From sequence record KU686213.1: a stretch of 64,000 bases of DNA; one strand, given 5' to 3'. Within the stretch, counting starts at the first letter, position 1, and every line of letters starts with the position of its first letter. Of this stretch, positions 5,814-15,600 are shown piece after piece. The notes under the pieces were generated by a model. It saw nothing but the letters and a program-made list of their open reading frames with translations, ran no database searches and was not told the origin of the DNA. A program made the translations under genes and the position numbers.

Positions 5814-6488
5814 ATGTCAGTTAACATAAGCGGTAATGGAGCTATTGAGGGTATTACTTCCTTTAATGGAGGAGGGCTTACTTTCCGCAATATTCTTTAT
5901 AATGGTTGGGTGAACACCAGTAGTGAAATCAACCAACGTGGCAAAACAATAGCTCAAGTTTCTAATGGAAACTATTTTGCAGATCGATGGGAAAGAGTTT
6001 CATCCACAACTATGACCCAAAAAGTTGAAGAAAAAAATTATATACCAAATAGGACATATACGATATCGGGTACTAACGTAACAACAGTGCAGGTAACATC
6101 ACCTGCTAGTGGGACTTGGGATTGGGGAACTGTGCCGTCTGATGCTTCATTGGTTCAGTTAGAGTTGGGTGATACTGCATCTTCTTTTGAATATAGACCC
6201 TATGGATTGGAGTTGAGTTTGTGTCAGAGGTACTATCAGTTTGCATATGCTAATATTAGAGGTAGGGGTGGGGGTATTTCTGAAAATGCAGTAACCTGGA
6301 ATACTCAAATGAGAATAGCTCCAACAATATTGCGCATTGCGGCAGCTTCAGGTGGAGGTCTCAATAATATAATTCGATATCTTGATATAGCTCCCTATGG
6401 GTGTCGTATGGAAGCAACAAACACCCAACCTGGCGGTACGGAGAGTTATGCACTTGCGCAAATCTTGGAACTAAATGCTGAACTATGA
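5814..6488 (+). CDS. Putative virion or fibre-tip protein, paralog 3 (224 aa)
   Basis: Same N-terminal ~140 aa, divergent C-terminus, ends NAEL. Confidence 0.75.
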   Translation: MSVNISGNGAIEGITSFNGGGLTFRNILYNGWVNTSSEINQRGKTIAQVSNGNYFADRWERVSSTTMTQKVEEKNYIPNRTYTISGTNVTTVQVTSPASGTWDWGTVPSDASLVQLELGDTASSFEYRPYGLELSLCQRYYQFAYANIRGRGGGISENAVTWNTQMRIAPTILRIAAASGGGLNNIIRYLDIAPYGCRMEATNTQPGGTESYALAQILELNAEL

Positions 6489-6574
6489 TTGGATTTATTG
6501 TAATACTATTATTCTTTCTTGGGATTATGGGTCTTATGACCTTCCTTTCCGTTTTTGGTGATTGGTTTGTATAG
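6485..6574 (+). CDS. Small membrane peptide, 29 aa (MIGFIVILLFFLGIMGLMTFLSVFGDWFV)
   Basis: ATGA overlap with the stop of paralog 3; entirely hydrophobic; below the ORF-track cutoff. Confidence 0.5.
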   Translation: MIGFIVILLFFLGIMGLMTFLSVFGDWFV

Positions 6575-6653
6575 TACAGTATATGAAGTGGTACATATTA
6601 ATAGATGCCCCCAGACCCATGGAGTATAATAACAAGGTATTCAGGAGGTTGAA

Positions 6654-6815
6654 ATGACTCAACTTTATGATATAATCATTGAAGGACAGACAATTCACAA
6701 AGGTGTTTCGGAAGAAACCTTCTTTGATGTTATGTCTGACCTCTCAACAGCATATTATGAGAGGGGCTATCCAGATCCCTCAACAGTTTCCCACACAACT
6801 TACATTAAGGAGTAA
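6654..6815 (+). CDS. Small hypothetical protein, 53 aa (MTQLYDIIIEGQ...)
   Basis: RBS AGGAGG at ~6643, -10 TATAAT at 6625-6630; resembles small ORFs near g25 in cyanophages (recalled). Confidence 0.7.
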   Translation: MTQLYDIIIEGQTIHKGVSEETFFDVMSDLSTAYYERGYPDPSTVSHTTYIKE

Positions 6816-6817
6816 CA

Positions 6818-6952
6818 ATGTTCGGCAAGACACAGGAAAAAATCGAAAAGGCTGGAAAAAAGACCCGTCAGGGTCGTTCCAACCGCACGAAACTCTCTGC
6901 AACTTCCGCGAGACCTAGGCAAAAGCGTTATCGTGGTCAAGGAAGGAGCTGA
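6818..6952 (+). CDS. Small basic protein, 44 aa (KKTRQG...KRYRGQG type)
   Basis: RBS AAGGAG at ~6807; motif recognised from cyanophage genomes. Confidence 0.7.
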   Translation: MFGKTQEKIEKAGKKTRQGRSNRTKLSATSARPRQKRYRGQGRS

Positions 6953-7017
6953 AATCCCCTTTTTAGTGCTCGAAAAACAAAACTAACCCTTTTTAGGGAC
7001 CCTACCCCTTCGGGGTA

Positions 7018-7025
7018 TATAAATA
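7018..7025 (+). promoter_or_regulatory. Late promoter TATAAATA, preceded by a TACCCC-TTCG-GGGTA hairpin
   Basis: Exact consensus. Confidence 0.75.
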
Positions 7026-7091
7026 TTTAAAGTTACGATGGGGATAGAACCCCCTTAAAAGTTCTAAAATGTAGTTTTTAGGACAAATTTA

Positions 7092-7208
7092 ATGGGAAGA
7101 CCCGTAGATCGCTCACCTGGCGTCGTTTTAGTCACCGATTATGGTGCTCTTGACCGCGCTCTCGCTCAAAAAGCTCGCCAAGAAGCCGAAAAAGCCAAGA
7201 AAAATTAA
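7092..7208 (+). CDS. Small hypothetical protein, 38 aa (MGRPVDRSPGVVLVTDYG...)
   Basis: SD AGGA at 7080-7083; late promoter upstream; terminator downstream. Confidence 0.65.
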   Translation: MGRPVDRSPGVVLVTDYGALDRALAQKARQEAEKAKKN

Positions 7209-7217
7209 ATAATCTTT

Positions 7218-7244
7218 AAAAAAGCTCCTTCGGGGGCTTTTTTT
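7218..7244 (+). terminator. Intrinsic terminator
   Basis: AAAAAAGCTCC-TTCG-GGGGCTTTTTTT. Confidence 0.85.
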
Positions 7245-7278
7245 ATGCCTATAAATAATGATAAATGTTGCTTATGCG

Positions 7279-7683
7279 ATGGCTGACGTAAATCGTATCT
7301 CTAGATCATTCAAAGACATCAGTTTATCGTTCCAGCCACATCCTGTAACGAAGGATATTGGTGTTTTGGTCAATGAAAGGGCAATTAATCGGTCAGTTCG
7401 CAATATTGTTCAAACAATTCCTGGCGAAAAGTTTTTCAATCCACTATTTGGGTCCAATGTTAGGTCTCAATTATTTGAAAACGCCAACTATGCCGTTGCT
7501 CTTGCGATTGAACAGGAAATTCTTACATCATTAAGGAATTTTGAGCCTAGAATTGCTAATGTTGGAGTAACAGCTAATTTATTCCCAGACAGGAATGAGT
7601 TTGACGTTACAGTTACATATGAAATTGTAGGACAAGCGTTTCCACCCCAAACTTATAACTTTATTTTAACGAGTACTAGGTAA
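7279..7683 (+). CDS. g25: Baseplate wedge subunit gp25
   Basis: FKDISLSF..HPVTKDI..L.NE.AI.RSVRNIV.T.PGEK.F.P.FGS gp25 signature; start moved to ATG 7279 because late promoter TATAAATA at 7250-7257 abuts the track start. Confidence 0.9.
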   Translation: MADVNRISRSFKDISLSFQPHPVTKDIGVLVNERAINRSVRNIVQTIPGEKFFNPLFGSNVRSQLFENANYAVALAIEQEILTSLRNFEPRIANVGVTANLFPDRNEFDVTVTYEIVGQAFPPQTYNFILTSTR

Positions 7684-9608
7684 TGGCTTTCACTAAGTTT
7701 ACAAATTTAGACTACGATCAAATTAGAGAGTCTATTAAAGATTATTTGCGAGCCAACTCAAACTTTAGTGGGTTTGATTTTGATGGTTCTAATTTTAGTA
7801 TCCTTATTGATACATTAGCCTATAATGCATATATCAACTCGGTAAATGCAAATATGATCGTCAATGAATCCTTTTTGGATTCTGCGACACTACGTAGAAA
7901 CGTTGTTTCATTGGCTGGTAACATTGGTTATCTCCCAAGATCACGCAAAGCTGCTAGAGCTAGAGTCAAGTTCACCGTACAGACCTCTTCTACGACCCCT
8001 ACGTTGACCTTGAAGGCAGGTCTAGTTGCTGTTGGGTCAGAAGCTAACAGTAGTTACGTATTTTCCATTCCAGAGGATATTACGACCACTGTGGTGAATG
8101 GTGTTGCTCAGTTTGGAACTGATGATGAGCCTATTGAGATCTACCAGGGAACATTTGCTAAGACATCATTTAATGTAGATACATCATTAGACCAGAGATT
8201 CATTATTGCTAACCCAGATCTAGACTATAGTACTCTAGTTGTTAGGATCAAGGATCCTAATGAAGTTGGGTTGGGTAAAGTATGGGAGCGTGTAGAGAAT
8301 ATTATTAAAATTGATAGTAATAGTGAAATTTATTTCTTAGCTGAAGTAAACCAAGAGAACTATGAACTTCTATTCGGTGATGATATCTTCGGCAAAGCTT
8401 TACAGAATGGTCAAGTAATTGATTCAACATATATTGTAACAAAAGGTAAAGAAGGTGATGGTCCAGCTAACTTTACATTCTCTGGTTCTCTAGTTAATGA
8501 TAATGGAGCAATTACTGCACCTTCTAACGTCATCACTGTAGATACTCTAGAATCGGCTAGAAACGGTGCAGACATAGAGACGGTAGATTCTATCAAGTAC
8601 TATGCTCCCCGCGTGTATGGAGCCCAATACAGGGCTGTGACGGGGCGTGACTACGAAGGCATCATTAAGAGCATCTATCCAAACACAGAATCCGTTTCTG
8701 TCGTTGGTGGTGAAGAACTTGTACCCCCACAATTTGGTAATGTATTAATTAGTATTAAGCCAGTAAATGGTCTTGATGTTAGTGACTTTGATAAGAAGCA
8801 AATCTTAGATGGATTAAAGCAATATACTATTGCGGGTATTAATCAAAAAATTGTAGACCTTAAAATTCTATTTGTTGAGCTTGATGCTTCTGTATACTAT
8901 GATGTTACTAAAGTTGGTAACTCAAATACACTGAAGACTGATATTATGCGGTCACTAAACTCATATTCAACTTCTATTGATATTAATAAGTTTGGTGGTA
9001 GATTTAAGTACTCTAAAGTGCAAAAAGTTATTGACGATACTGATATTGCTGTAACTTCCAACATCACTAAAGTTATTGTTAGAAGAAACCTAAATGCTGT
9101 TCTAAATCAGTTTGCTCAATATGAGCTTTGCTATGGAAATGCGTTCCATCCGATTGCATCTGGTGGTTCTATTAAGAGTAGTGGATTTACTATTGCTGGT
9201 TCACCATCCACTCTATACATAACAGATGCTCCAAACAAGGATAATAATGGAAACTTGGATGGGTCTGGTATGGGTACCATATCATTCATCAGTGAAAATA
9301 TTAATTCTACAGGTTCCTCCAATTACATAACTGTTGTTGAAGATGCTGGCTTTGTTGACTATGCAAAAGGTGAGATTCAGTTATTTACTACAAATATAAC
9401 CGGCACATCATTACCTAATGAGATTATTGAAATACAAGCATATCCAAATTCAAATGACGTTATTGGATTGAAGGATTTATATGTCGTATTTGATGTTTCT
9501 ACTAGTAGGATAAATATGGTTAAGGATACAATTTCTAGTGGTGAACAGATCTCTGGTGTTGGATTCCCAGTAACATCAAGTTACGGAAACGGCAAACTAA
9601 CAAGGTAA
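7683..9608 (+). CDS. g6: Baseplate wedge protein gp6
   Basis: LDYDQI..SIKDYLRANSNF..FDF.GSNFSILID.LAYN; RAVT..DY motif; position after g25. Confidence 0.92.
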   Translation: MAFTKFTNLDYDQIRESIKDYLRANSNFSGFDFDGSNFSILIDTLAYNAYINSVNANMIVNESFLDSATLRRNVVSLAGNIGYLPRSRKAARARVKFTVQTSSTTPTLTLKAGLVAVGSEANSSYVFSIPEDITTTVVNGVAQFGTDDEPIEIYQGTFAKTSFNVDTSLDQRFIIANPDLDYSTLVVRIKDPNEVGLGKVWERVENIIKIDSNSEIYFLAEVNQENYELLFGDDIFGKALQNGQVIDSTYIVTKGKEGDGPANFTFSGSLVNDNGAITAPSNVITVDTLESARNGADIETVDSIKYYAPRVYGAQYRAVTGRDYEGIIKSIYPNTESVSVVGGEELVPPQFGNVLISIKPVNGLDVSDFDKKQILDGLKQYTIAGINQKIVDLKILFVELDASVYYDVTKVGNSNTLKTDIMRSLNSYSTSIDINKFGGRFKYSKVQKVIDDTDIAVTSNITKVIVRRNLNAVLNQFAQYELCYGNAFHPIASGGSIKSSGFTIAGSPSTLYITDAPNKDNNGNLDGSGMGTISFISENINSTGSSNYITVVEDAGFVDYAKGEIQLFTTNITGTSLPNEIIEIQAYPNSNDVIGLKDLYVVFDVSTSRINMVKDTISSGEQISGVGFPVTSSYGNGKLTR

Positions 9609-9624
9609 CAACAGGTATCTTAGC

Positions 9625-12600
9625 ATGATTGGTACTGGTATTGATGTGAGAGTGAAGATTCAAGATATTGTTTCTTCACAACTTCCCGAATTTATTTTAA
9701 GTGAAGCGCCATTAACTGATGACTTCTTAAAACAGTTTTATGTCTCCCAGGAATTTCAGGGAGGGGCAATTGATTTTGCTACAAATTTAGACCAGTACCT
9801 AGACCTAAACAACCTAAGTTCAGATTCTCTCTACGGCACATTTGAACTAACCCAAGATATATCATCCACAGATACTGAAGTATTTGTAAATACAACAAAA
9901 AGTTTCCCTGGCGAGTGGGGGCTCTTAAAGGTCAATGATGAAATCATGACCTATACTGGTATTACAACCAATTCTTTCACTGGCGTTGTAAGGGGCTTCA
10001 GTGGAGTAACTTCACTTCATGCTGAAGGTGCTCCCGAAGAGATTGTATTTAACGCCACAGAGGCTTCTAGCCACCTCTCAGGTGCTTCTGTAACAAACCT
10101 AAGCACATTATTCTTAAAGGAATTTTATAAAAAGCTCTCATACACATTTGCTCCTGGTTTTGAGGACCTAGATGTTGACTCTGAACTTGATGTAGGTAAC
10201 TGGATTCGACAGGTTCGTTCATTCTTCCAAACAAAGGGAAGTGAGGAGTCAATCATTATCCTCTTCAAAGTTTTATATGGAGAGAAGCCAACTGTTATTG
10301 ACTTGGAAGATTTCCTAATCAAGCCATCAACCGCAGAGTACTCTAGGAGAGATTATGCGGTAGCTATTCCTGTTGAAGGAAATCCAATTGACCTCAAAGG
10401 TAAAACTATTTTTCAAGTAGGCAGCCCCAATGTATTTGGTGCTGTTTCTGAGATTGAAGCATTTACTCGTGATGGGAGATTGTATTATAGGATTTATTTC
10501 TTCGTATCTAATGAAGAGGTATTGAATGAAAGAAAGCTATTCACAATTCCTGGAAGAACTCAATGCCAGAGGGAATGGAATCCTGGTGATACAACGCTCA
10601 CCGTAGATACTACTATTGGCTTCCGCGATAATGGTGAGTTCATAACAGCGGACGGCATTGTATTCAATTACGAACAGAGGAGTGTTAATCAATTCCTAGG
10701 TGTTACTTGTTCTGTTCCAACAAAGAAAGTTCTAATTACTGATGAGATCATTGACAATATAATTGTCTCTGGTATGAATGATCTTGGGGAAGAAGTTACT
10801 TTGCGCCTAACTGGAGTTATTTCTGATATTAATTTTGGTGATGATATTCCATTTAATTTCCAAGGTGAGAAAATTCGTGTAGATACTCTAGGTGAAAGTA
10901 TTTTAAGTAATATCGCTACCAGAGACGAATCAACCGTACCAGAAATTATTGCTAATAGCTTTGTATATAATACAAGTGTTAGATTTGAAGTGGAAAGTGT
11001 TAATGGTACTTCATTCATTTTATCAGCACCTTACTTAGACAAATCATCTATTGATGTTGGAGATACTGTTGATATCCTTCCACGTGGTGGTCAGAATGCT
11101 TATATCATAGGTGCTCCAGTTACCGAAGTTGATTTTGTTAACTCTACCGTTACAATTAATAACTCATTCGGTATTCCAGTTAACCAGTCACTGGATATTA
11201 GGAGAAATCAAAAATATGCTAATAGTAGTGGAGCTAGAATTGACTATGGTAACAATGCCGTACTATCAAATGTTTTGAACTTATATGATGGTAGAGAGTA
11301 TGATTCAAATTACTACGTAGCAACTAATTCACTACCATCCTATGAAATCTCTGCCAATATTGTAGAGAGTTCATTAGTTAGTCCAACACAACAGAGCTTT
11401 GATGATTTTAATAGTTTCACTGGTGAGTATTCAACTATTATCTTTGCGGGTGATGTTAATTTTTATACCGGGGATTTAGTTACTTATTCCGTAAGTGAAG
11501 GAGCAACTTCATTAACTGAAACTGGGGAATATTATGTTCAAGTTCTATCTGATAGAAGAAAGGTTAAGCTTTTTGTTTCTCCATCATTTATTGGAAGTGA
11601 GAATTCAGTTGGACTTGTATATACTCCAGACTCAGGCTCACATTTCTTTACTCTAGAAAGTCAGAAGACACGTGAAATTTCAACTAAGCGTATTTTTAGA
11701 AAAATTCCTGTATCTGATAGTTTAGTTGCTATTGATAGAACTCCTGAAGAAACTACTCCTGGTTCTATCGCAGTATTGACTAATGGTGTGGAGATTGTTT
11801 CATATAAGTCTCCAAATAAAGTATACCTGGGTCCACTTGAGAGATTAGATGTTGGATCACGTGGTGAAGGATATAGTGTAATATCTCCACCCAAAATCTA
11901 CATTGCCGAACCTGATGTTCAGCTATATGAAGGTGGTACTGGTAGTGTAGTTCCTACTAAAGCTACAAGTACTCCAGTAATTAAAGGTGAGTTAGAGGAA
12001 ATTCTAATTGACCCACAGGACTTTGATATTAAAGAAGTATTCAGTATCACCGTCAGGGGTGGTAATAGCCGTGGTGCATCAGCTGTTCCTATTATTGATA
12101 AAAAGAATAGGGAACTACCTTTTGATAGTAGAGTTACTACATTGGGTGGCGGTGTTAATCCTGATGATAACAGCATCCTTTTTCAGAGCAATCATAATTT
12201 AACAGAAGGAACTGCATTAGTTTATAATAACAAGGGTGCTGATAGTATTGGTATTACCCTTTCAGATAATACTGATTTTAGTACAGGTGCAACTCTTTCT
12301 AATGGTGGAGTTTATTATGCTAAAATATTAAACAATAGAACTATTCAATTATTCGAGACTTTAGAGTCTTTGAATAATGGTGGAGATCCAGTATTTCTAT
12401 CATCAAATCTAACTGGGTATGGTTTTCAGTCATTTGATACATTAAGGGCTGATAGATTGATTGGAGCAACAATCACTGATGATGGTGGAGACTTTTTCTA
12501 TAGAAATATGTCCTTCAATCCATCAAATGTATTTGATGAGTATGATGAAATCAGATACGTATCCCACGGATTTAATAGTGGGGATATTGTAGAGTATGGG

Positions 12601-15600
12601 ACTACTGGAACTGTTATTAGTGGAATGTCCACACAGAATCAGTACTATGTCTACAAAGTAAATGATAATGTACTAAAACTATCTGATGCCGGTATTGGAG
12701 CAACTATATCCAGCAACTATGATAGGTTGGAATTTGTTGACTTTAATAGTTCTGGTACAGGCACTCATAATATCAAATATCCAGACATCACAGCCGATGT
12801 TGTAGTTTCTTTTGCTAGTAGTGCAACTGGAACAATTGTAGCTAGTCCTATTATCCGTGGATCAATTGAACAAGTCTATACAGATGATGGTGGATATTAT
12901 GGTAGTGATATTATTAATTTTGAAAAAAATCCAGAAGTATATCCAATTGGTGGGTCACTGGCTAAATTATCACCATCAATTGTTAATGGGATTGTTAATT
13001 TTGTTCAAATTATCAATACTGGAAAAAACTACTCTGATTGTCCTGAATTAGTTGTTAGTGATTCTAGCGGCGCTGGAACTGGTGCTAAATTAAGGGCAGT
13101 TGTTGTAGACGGCGAAATAATAGATGTTATCATAATTAGTGGTGGTATTGGTTATAATTCGGCATCTACAACTATTGAAGTCCTTGAGACTGGTAGAGAT
13201 GCGCTAATTATTCCTAGAATTAGAGACCTAACAATCAATCTAAATTCTAGATTTGGATTTGAGGTTCTTAGTCAAAATAACTATAGGATCGTATCATATA
13301 ATAGAGTCCTTAGAGAAGGCGTTTATAGTGATGTTGGTAACTTCCACTCACCTATTATTGGTTGGGCTAATGATGGTAATCCAATTTATGGTGGTTTTGG
13401 TTTCTCCGACCCCCAGGATACTAACTCAGAAATCCGTGCTATGGAGACCGCATATGAATTGGCTCCCAATGATGTATATGGTAGACCTTCACAGACAGCA
13501 TATCCAGCTGGTTTCTTCATTGAGGATTACAAGTATGTTGATGGTGGTGACCTAGATGAATACAATGGTCGTTACTGCCGCACACCAGACTTCCCCAATG
13601 GTGTATATGCATACTTTGCTGGAATTTCACCAGACCCACAGTCAAGTGCTAGAGAGCCACAGTTCCCATACTTCATTGGACCTAAGTTTAGGGATTCTGC
13701 AATTGATTCAAATAGTACTAATGTTGATCAGAGCTTTGATCTTAATGATAAGCCAATCTTTAGAAATACATTCCCATACTATGTTGGGAGTCCAGTAGCT
13801 GGTAGTGAGTTCATCGATCAATCATATCTATTTGATATTCAGGATAGTATTGTACAATCAACTTCTCCAGGAACTATTGATTCCATTTCAATTGTTGGTG
13901 ACGGAAAAGATTACTCCGTTGGTGATGTACCTTTATTTAATTCTGATGAAGATTTTATCAGTGCTACTATATCTCAGGTAACTGGTATTGGTGTATCAGA
14001 AGTTAGAGAAAATACCCTATCTTACAGTAAGTTAGATACAGCAGTAATTAGATTAGATCAGAAAACTATTCGCATATATGTTTCCCCCAATCACCAATAC
14101 AATGATAACGACTCTGTTATTATTAGTGGATTAAGTACGATTACATCCACTATTAGTGGATCAAGAATTGTAAATATAGATAACTCAGCAATGACTCTAT
14201 ATTCACCAGTTCAGCCTATCGTAAATGATGGTGTTACTGATATATTTGTAAATTCAATATCTCAAAATGTGAGTGTTGGATCTTCAATTGAAATTGGTAA
14301 TCCCGGCGAAACTGAATTGGTAAGTGTATTAAATATCTTCCCAATCAATAAGGCACTTCGTGTATATCGCCCTGTTGGGTTTAATACTGTCGCAAACATT
14401 GGTGATCTCGTATCACCATTACCAAACTTCTTTGATGTTAATGTTAGAACTCCCGAGTTTGAGTCCGAGCTTGACTATGCGTATAACTTCAATCCAAAAC
14501 AATCTTTAAGTATTGCTCCATCTCTTGGAGAATCTACTAGTAGAGTTTATAGTATTGGTAGTATTGATTACCCAATATCAGTACCTGCTGCGTCAATTTA
14601 TGCACCAAACCATCAATTTAAAAACTTAGAGGAAGTTGTATTTACTAAGCCAGCTAATGGTATTAGCCTTGATGGATTGGATTCAAATAATAATCCAGTT
14701 GTTGTTCCTATCATTGGCGATAGCCAAGTGCTGTATGTTCATAACATTTCCAAAGACTACATTGGGTTGAGATTTACTCCTAGTGACGAAGACATCATCT
14801 TCCTCACGGATGCTTCCGATCTATTCACATATTCTATAAAAACAAATAGGTTTGTTGAAACTGCAAACTTGGATAGAATTCGTGCCGAAGTCACTACTAT
14901 TAAACCTCATCAACTAAAGAATAATGATACTGTTACTATTAGTGTATCTGCGTTGAATTCTTCCGGCATTGGAACTGCTTCCGATGTTTATATTCAGTTT
15001 GATGAAATTTCGCAGTCATTGATCGTTGATCCAAAATTTGCTACATCAGCAGATATCTCAACTGAATTGAATCTCGTCTTCATTGAAGATCACGGATATA
15101 TTTTGGGAGACTATGTTTTATATGAGTGTGATGGAACTTCTATTTCTGGATTAACAACTCATTCCAAATATTTTATCATCCCATTTGATACCGATAGATT
15201 CTATCTAGCGGAAACTGCTATTGATGTTAAGATTGGATCTGAGCTTCCTATCATATTGGGTTCTACTGGTTCTGGTGAGCATAAGTTCTCCAAAGTTAAT
15301 CCAGAACTCAATATTACCGGCAATCACGATATATTGTTCGATGTATCTGATCCATCACTTTTAAATAGAGAGCTAAAGTTCTTCTACGATCAGAATCTAA
15401 CAGAAGTATTTGAGAATAATGGTATTGATCCCGTATTTGTTGTTAGTGGAGTTTCTAGTGAAGGAACTATTGGAGCAACTAAAGAGATTAGATTCTCTGA
15501 AAACAATCCTGGAGTAATTTATTACGGTATTGAGTCTGGTGGATACATCTCCACATCAGATACTAATGCAATCGCATATAACTCAATTAAGTATGTTAAT

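Noticed and set aside
4315-6488. Diversity-generating retroelement acting on the paralog C-termini
   Set aside because: No reverse transcriptase or non-coding template repeat is visible, and the variable regions differ at all base types and in length rather than only at adenines.
6679-6918. Track ORF of 79 aa
   Set aside because: It overlaps two better-supported small ORFs (6654-6815 and 6818-6952) that have clear RBSs and recognisable motifs.
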